DNA from: Ignavibacteria bacterium | GTDB taxonomy: Bacteria > Bacteroidota > Ignavibacteria > DATCTW01 | NCBI GenBank assembly: GCA_036567745.1 | Contig: DATCTW010000041.1 | Span: forward strand, 124,260 to 188,259 | Length of the DNA: 64,000 nt | Direction: 5' to 3' | Shown here: positions 58,848 through 64,000 of the stretch, piece by piece | How positions within the stretch are numbered: the first letter of the stretch is position 1 | Layout: the number at the start of each line of letters is the position of its first letter | Notes under the pieces: model-generated | Seen by the model: the letters and a program-made list of their open reading frames with translations, nothing else | Databases searched by the model: none | What the model was told of the DNA's origin: nothing | Program-made: the position numbers and the translations under genes

Positions 58848-60914
58848 GTTGCTACATCTTCTCATATACCATTAAAGTAAACGAAGCGAGATGTTTCAAT
58901 TACCATAGGGGTAGAGCCCCTAAATGTTTGTAGAAAGACATGTAAAAACAAAACAAGCACCGTAGGTGCGACACGTATAGATATGTCAGGGCTACGCACC
59001 TTTTGAATTTTTAACGCATTAACGATTCGGTTACGTTAGAATCAGAGCCCCGATATGTTTGTAGAAATGTAATCGAAAACATAACAAGCACCGTAGATAC
59101 GACACGTATAGACATTTCGGTGTTACGCACCTTTTGAATTTTTAACGCATTAACAATTCTATTACGTTAGGGGCAGAGCCCCGATATGTTTGTAGGAAGA
59201 CATGTAAAAACATAACAAGCACCGTAGGTGCGACAAGCATAGACATGTCAGGGCTACGCCCCTAAAACAATTATCTGACCATAATTCTACAAACATATCG
59301 GTGCTACGCACCTTTTGTATTAACGACAAATAAATGTTTCCCTTACCATAGTGTCAGAGCCCCGTTATGTTTGTAGAAAGCACGAACAAAAACATAACAA
59401 GCATCGTAGATGCGACACGTGTAGACATTTCGGTGTTACGCTCCTTTTGTATTTATTACATATCAACGTTTTGTTTACATTAGGGGCAGAGCCCCGATAT
59501 GTTTGTAGGAAGACATGTAAAAACATAACAAGCACCGTAGGTGCGACATGTATAGACATGTCAGGGCTACGCCCCTAAAATATTTATCAAAATATAAATC
59601 TACAAACGTTTCTGTGCTACGCACCTTTTGTATTTACAACGCAGAAATTTTTTGATTACCATAGGGGCATAGCCCCGTAATGTTTGTAGAAAAACGAATA
59701 AAAAACATAACAAGCGCCGTAGGTGCGACACGTATATACATGTCAGGGCTACGCCCCTAAAACATTTATTTGCCAAAAATCTACAAACGTTTCGGTGCTA
59801 CGCACCTTTTTTAACATTATAAAAAATCATGAGAAACGATGTTTTGTAATTTAGGGGCAGAGCCCCGAAATGTTTGTAGAAATACGAACAAAAACATAAC
59901 AAGCACCGTTGGTGCGACATGTTAAAACATATCATGGCTACACATTTTTTGTATTTATTACGCATTGACGTTTCGATAGGGGCAGAGCCCCGATATGTTT
60001 GTAGAAAAACGAATAAAAAAACATAGCAAGCACCGTAGGTGCGACACGTATAGACATGTCAGGGCTACGCCCCTAAAACATTTATCTGACCATAATTCTA
60101 CAAACGTTTCGGTGCTACGCACCTTTTATATTTACGAAGCAAAATGTGTTGGTTACGATAGGGGCATCGCCCCGATATGTTTGTAGAAAAACAAATTAAA
60201 AAATATAATAAGCACCGTAGGTGCGACACGTAAAGATGTGTCAGGGCTACGCCCCTAAAACATTTATCAAATCATAAACCTACAGACATATCGGTGCTAC
60301 GCACCTTTTGAATTTATTACGCATTGACGTATTGATAGGGGCATCGCCCCGATATGTTTGTAGAAATGTAATCGAAAACATAACAAGCACCGTAGGTGCG
60401 ACATGTGTAGACATGTCAGGGCTACGCCCCTAAAACATTTATTTGCCAAAAATCTACAAACGTTTCTGTGCTACGCACCTTTTTTATTTATAACACAAAA
60501 ACGTTTTGCTTACGATAGGGACAGAGCCCCTAAATGTTTGTAGAAATACGAACAAAAACATAACAAGCACCGTAGGTGCGACACGATAAAAAATTATATT
60601 CGTTTCTGTTCTATGCACCTTTTTTATTAACGACAAATAAATGATATGCTTACCATAGGGGCAGAGCCCCGAAATGTTTGTAGAAAGACATGTAAAAACA
60701 AAACAAGCACCGTAGGTGCGACACGTATAGACATGTCAGGGCTACGCCCCTAAAACATTTATCAAATCATAAATCTACAAACGTTTCGGTGCTACGCACC
60801 TTTTGAATTTTTAACGCATTAAAGATTCGGTTACGTTAGGGGCAGAGCCCCGAAATGTTTGTAGAAAGCACGAACAAAAACATAACAAGCGCCGTAGGTG
60901 CGACACGTATAGAC
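58848..60914 (+). repeat. tandem array of 13 composite GC-rich hairpin units (125-190 nt each), family unassigned (REP/BIME-like or tandem small-RNA genes)
   Basis: The GGGGCAGAGCCCC hairpin recurs at 58908, 59039, 59170, 59351, 59483, 59664, 59854, 59979, 60161, 60338, 60518, 60658 and 60839. A degenerate remnant sits at 58848-58907 and the last unit is truncated near 60914. Each long unit contains GGGGC-AGA-GCCCC, GCACC-GTA-GGTGC, AGGGC-TAC-GCCCC and GGTGC-TAC-GCACC hairpins in a conserved order. Strand is given as + only because the terminator-like hairpin plus T-tract reads on that strand. Confidence 0.9.
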
Positions 60915-60989
60915 CTCAAAAAAAAATTAGAATTGAAACTAAAAATATACTTTAATATATTGTTATGAGTTAATCAAAAAAATTATATT

Positions 60990-62345
60990 ATGGCAAAACA
61001 AAAATTAATATACTTTTGCAAAAATTGTGGAAATGAATCGCCAAGATGGATTGGGAAATGCCCGGTTTGTGGTGAATGGAACCAATATATTGAAGAAAAG
61101 GTTATTGAAAATAAAAATAAAAATGTAAGAAAAGCTCATGAAAATGAAAATACACCTTTTTTACTCAACGAAATTGAAACTGATAGCGAGATAAGAATAA
61201 AAACACACATTGAAGAATTCGATAGAGTATTGGGTGGTGGTATAGTTACTGGTTCAGTAATTCTTTTAGCAGGTGATCCTGGTATTGGTAAATCTACTTT
61301 GATGCTACAGATTGCACAAAAGGATTTTAATAAATCTATTCTTTACATAACAGGTGAAGAATCTTTACAACAAATAAAATTAAGAGCATCAAGACTTGGG
61401 TTAAATTCAAATACAACCTATTTTTTGGCTGAAACAGAATTGGATGCTATCGATAAAGTAATCGAAAAAATAAAACCTGAAATAATAATTATCGATTCTA
61501 TACAAACGGTCTATCACTCTTCTTTCGATAATGCACCTGGCAGTATCACACAAATAAAAGAATGTACCTATAGATTAATGCAGGTTGCTAAAACTAAAAA
61601 TGTTTCTGTATTCATAGTTGGCCATATAACAAAAGATGGGCTTATTGCTGGACCAAAAATTCTGGAACATATAGTTGATACTGTATTGCAATTTGAAGGA
61701 GATAATAATTACTCCTATAGAATTTTAAGATCAGTTAAAAACAGATTTGGTTCAACAAATGAAATCGGTATTTTTGAAATGACATCTTCTGGTTTAACAG
61801 AAGTTAAAAATCCATCTGAAATATTTTTATCACAAAGACAAATAAATTCTTCCGGCTCTACAATAGTATCTACTATAGAAGGCTCTAGACCAATACTTAT
61901 TGAGGTTCAAGCATTGGTTACTCATACAAGCTATGGTATACCTCAAAGATCATCAACTGGTTTTGATCATAGAAGGCTTGCAATTTTATTAGCTGTAATT
62001 GAAAAACGATTAGGAATAAAACTCGGTCAATATGATGTTGTTACTAACATAGCTGGAGGTGTAAAGGTAACAGAGCCTGCTGTAGACTTAGGTATTATCT
62101 CCTCAGTAATTTCAAGTTATAAGGATGTTCCCATAAATTCAAAAATGGTCGTAATAGGTGAGGTTGGGTTATCTGGAGAAGTGAGAGCTGTTAACTTTAT
62201 GGAGAAAAGACTTCAGGAGACAAAAAAACTTGGTTTCTCGAAAGTAATTATTCCTAAAAATAACATAAAAGAATCAAAAAACATAAGTGATATCGAAATT
62301 ATACCTGTTAGTACAATAAATGAATGTCTTTCTCATTTAATTTGA
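60990..62345 (+). CDS. radA: DNA repair protein RadA/Sms
   Basis: 451 aa with the N-terminal zinc ribbon CKNCGNESPRWIGKCPVCGEWN, Walker A GDPGIGKST, the KNRFG motif and a C-terminal Lon-like domain. Confidence 0.95.
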   Translation: MAKQKLIYFCKNCGNESPRWIGKCPVCGEWNQYIEEKVIENKNKNVRKAHENENTPFLLNEIETDSEIRIKTHIEEFDRVLGGGIVTGSVILLAGDPGIGKSTLMLQIAQKDFNKSILYITGEESLQQIKLRASRLGLNSNTTYFLAETELDAIDKVIEKIKPEIIIIDSIQTVYHSSFDNAPGSITQIKECTYRLMQVAKTKNVSVFIVGHITKDGLIAGPKILEHIVDTVLQFEGDNNYSYRILRSVKNRFGSTNEIGIFEMTSSGLTEVKNPSEIFLSQRQINSSGSTIVSTIEGSRPILIEVQALVTHTSYGIPQRSSTGFDHRRLAILLAVIEKRLGIKLGQYDVVTNIAGGVKVTEPAVDLGIISSVISSYKDVPINSKMVVIGEVGLSGEVRAVNFMEKRLQETKKLGFSKVIIPKNNIKESKNISDIEIIPVSTINECLSHLI

Positions 62346-62396
62346 TACTAACTTTATAATTAAAGATAATCGATTTTTTTATAAATTGGTAAATAA

Positions 62397-64000
62397 ATGA
62401 ATATTATTAAAAAAGTAATTTATGTTATTATTCAGGTGAGCGTAGTTATTTATCTAAGCCTTTTGGCACAAAAAGGATTAGAGATAATTCCAGTACCAGA
62501 AGTCTTTAAAAACATGAGCCTCATTGAATTAGATGACTTAGATAGAAGCATACTTCAATCTGCAGTAGATTTAAAATCGAAATTTGTTTCAAGCCAAGAA
62601 GCCATTGATACAAATATAATAATAATTAATGTGGAGACTGCAAATCCTGTACCTCGTGGAGAGATAGCAAAAGCCATAAAGTTTTTGAAGGATAATGGAG
62701 CTAAAACAATAGCTTTAAATGTTTTTTTAGATGAACCAAGAGATGATATTGATCCACAATGGGATGGTGATCTTGCCGAAGCCATTGAATACAAAACTCA
62801 AAATGTTTTAGGAATTAATGGCTTTCAATATTTTGTGAATGATAAAAATGAAATAGATACAATGCTATCATTAAATCCAATAGAAAAATTTAATAAAATG
62901 AAGGCAGTTGGCTTTGGAAATCTTGAAATGACGCCAGAAAATGAAGGTAGCATTGTCCAGCAGTTTTACCCAAATGCATTTTTTAAAGGTAAACCCTTAA
63001 AATCATTTCCACTTGCAGTTGCTGAACATTATGATAGCAGCAGAGCAAAGATACTTAGCAATAAATTTGATAAAGAATATGTTAACTTTTATAAAAAAGA
63101 ACTATTCAAAGTATGGAATTTAAGTTTTCTTACTAATCCAATAATCAACAATGCTTTTGCACCTTTAATAAAAGATAAGCTTTTTATTATTGGATATATC
63201 AATCCAGAATCTGACCCATTAAAATTTAATATGTATAGCACACCTATTGGAAAGCTCGAACATATTTTTGTCTATGCTGGCATAATAAGTGATATTCTAA
63301 CTCATAAATTTGTACCAGAATCTCCTTTTATTGTAGATATGATAGTAGGAGTAATATTTTGCCTTTTGAATATAATGCTTTTTTCAATTGCCAGTAAAAA
63401 AACATCATTATGGGAAAAGTTTACAGGTGTAACTCTTATACCATTAGAAATTGTTTTTATTTATATAGTGGTAATATTTGTTTTTGTTTTCTTTAATTAT
63501 AAGTTATCGGTAGTAATACCCAGTATAATAATTATAATATCTATTCCTTTAAACAGTTATACACACAAAAAGATTTTACCATTAATGCAAAAGTACTATT
63601 CAATTTTTAAATATAGAAATATACCCTATCCTTTTTTACAACAATATTTAAACATTTTTATACATGAGAAAAGATCGATAAGAATGTTTACTACTATATT
63701 TGGTATTCAAAGGGTACTCTGGCTACTAAATGCTTTCTCTGTAATTGAGGTAATTCAAAAAACATCGAGAAAAATTGATAACAATTTATTTGACACCCTT
63801 AATATAAAAAGTTGGGATGATCTATATAAATTTGTATCCGAAAATAAAAACTTGCCTATAAATTCAATTATATATAGTATACTTAACGAAGTAAAAGAAA
63901 ATATTCCTGAATTATCAAAGCTATCAGATGAATACTATAGGATTTACACTCACAATAACTTAAAGAGAGAATTATATTCCAGAATAGAAGAAGAAAAAGA
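62397..64000 (+). CDS. CHASE2-domain membrane sensor (3' end runs off the right edge)
   Basis: I translated 62397-64000 codon by codon: ATG, then 534 sense codons without a stop. It has an N-terminal TM. The periplasmic region has the CHASE2-like core IIIINVETANPVPRGEIAKAIKFLKDNGAKTIALNVFLDEPRD, followed by three TM helices (VDMIVGVIFCLLNIMLFSIA, LIPLEIVFIYIVVIFVFVFF, LSVVIPSIIIIISIPL). It is absent from the ORF track because it is truncated. Confidence 0.7.
   Translation, partial: MNIIKKVIYVIIQVSVVIYLSLLAQKGLEIIPVPEVFKNMSLIELDDLDRSILQSAVDLKSKFVSSQEAIDTNIIIINVETANPVPRGEIAKAIKFLKDNGAKTIALNVFLDEPRDDIDPQWDGDLAEAIEYKTQNVLGINGFQYFVNDKNEIDTMLSLNPIEKFNKMKAVGFGNLEMTPENEGSIVQQFYPNAFFKGKPLKSFPLAVAEHYDSSRAKILSNKFDKEYVNFYKKELFKVWNLSFLTNPIINNAFAPLIKDKLFIIGYINPESDPLKFNMYSTPIGKLEHIFVYAGIISDILTHKFVPESPFIVDMIVGVIFCLLNIMLFSIASKKTSLWEKFTGVTLIPLEIVFIYIVVIFVFVFFNYKLSVVIPSIIIIISIPLNSYTHKKILPLMQKYYSIFKYRNIPYPFLQQYLNIFIHEKRSIRMFTTIFGIQRVLWLLNAFSVIEVIQKTSRKIDNNLFDTLNIKSWDDLYKFVSENKNLPINSIIYSILNEVKENIPELSKLSDEYYRIYTHNNLKRELYSRIEEEK

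Noticed and set aside
59181-59195. Bacteroidota-type -7 promoter motif TAnnTTTG inside the conserved block (GATATGTTTG)
   Set aside because: It is present only in units carrying the GATATG/GTTATG variant; others read GAAATG, CTAAATG or GTAATG. It is part of the inverted repeat that pairs with CTACAAAC..., so the match is more simply explained by the palindrome.
59351-60186. ORFs 59351..59578 (+), 59365..59559 (-) and 59995..60186 (+) inside the repeat array
   Set aside because: They overlap one another on opposite strands and are phased by the repeat. Their products are low-complexity read-throughs of the hairpins (e.g. ...RRCDTCRH...). They have no RBS and are not conserved from unit to unit in frame.
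58848-60914. CRISPR array
   Set aside because: The period is 125-190 nt and irregular. Conserved blocks make up most of each unit and contain four different hairpins in both orientations. The short variable segments (10-13 nt) recur between units instead of being unique spacers. No cas genes or leader are in the window.
58848-60914. Integron cassette array / attC sites
   Set aside because: A GTTAGGG core-like string occurs at only three unit junctions; the others read GATAGGG, CATAGGG or TTTAGGG. There are no cassette ORFs between the repeats and no intI nearby.

Overview
Visibly AT-rich bacterial chromosomal DNA with one tRNA, no rRNA, and no transposase, integrase, phage or cas genes. Gene content suggests an FCB-superphylum organism (Ignavibacteria/Bacteroidota-like): two large secreted proteins end in T9SS-type C-terminal sorting domains, and there is a PorV/PorQ-like barrel, a DUF4249 lipoprotein plus TonB-dependent receptor pair, and a bS22-type mini ribosomal protein. 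About 55 protein genes are supported. They include carbohydrate-active enzymes, an octaheme HAO-family cytochrome c, and envelope/glycosylation genes (GT9, ArnT-like GT, methyltransferase-GT2 fusion, acetyltransferase, galactokinase-family kinase plus nucleotidyltransferase). Housekeeping genes are tsaC, nadE, rsmA, mdh, rplU, rpmA, hup, sppA and radA. There is also a PspA operon, a B12-domain/mutase-like gene with a P-loop partner, a PlpD-like patatin/Omp85 fusion, and truncated genes at both window edges. The part the gene models do not explain is a ~2.07 kb non-coding tandem array (58848-60914) of 13 composite GC-rich units. Each unit is built from four related hairpin-plus-tail modules in fwd-fwd-rev-rev order. 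The units show structure-preserving substitutions, terminator-like 3' ends on the + strand, length variants and mosaic linkers. It is not a CRISPR array. It resembles REP/BIME/REPIN logic or a tandem small-RNA gene family, but no matching enzyme is in the window and I cannot assign it to a known family by eye. Secondary leads: an unlisted 31-aa bS22-like ORF, a lipoprotein gene split by two +1 frameshifts at homopolymers, the B12 module, and a PspA / YbjN-like / GIDE-like operon. All family assignments come from motif recognition by eye, not from searches.
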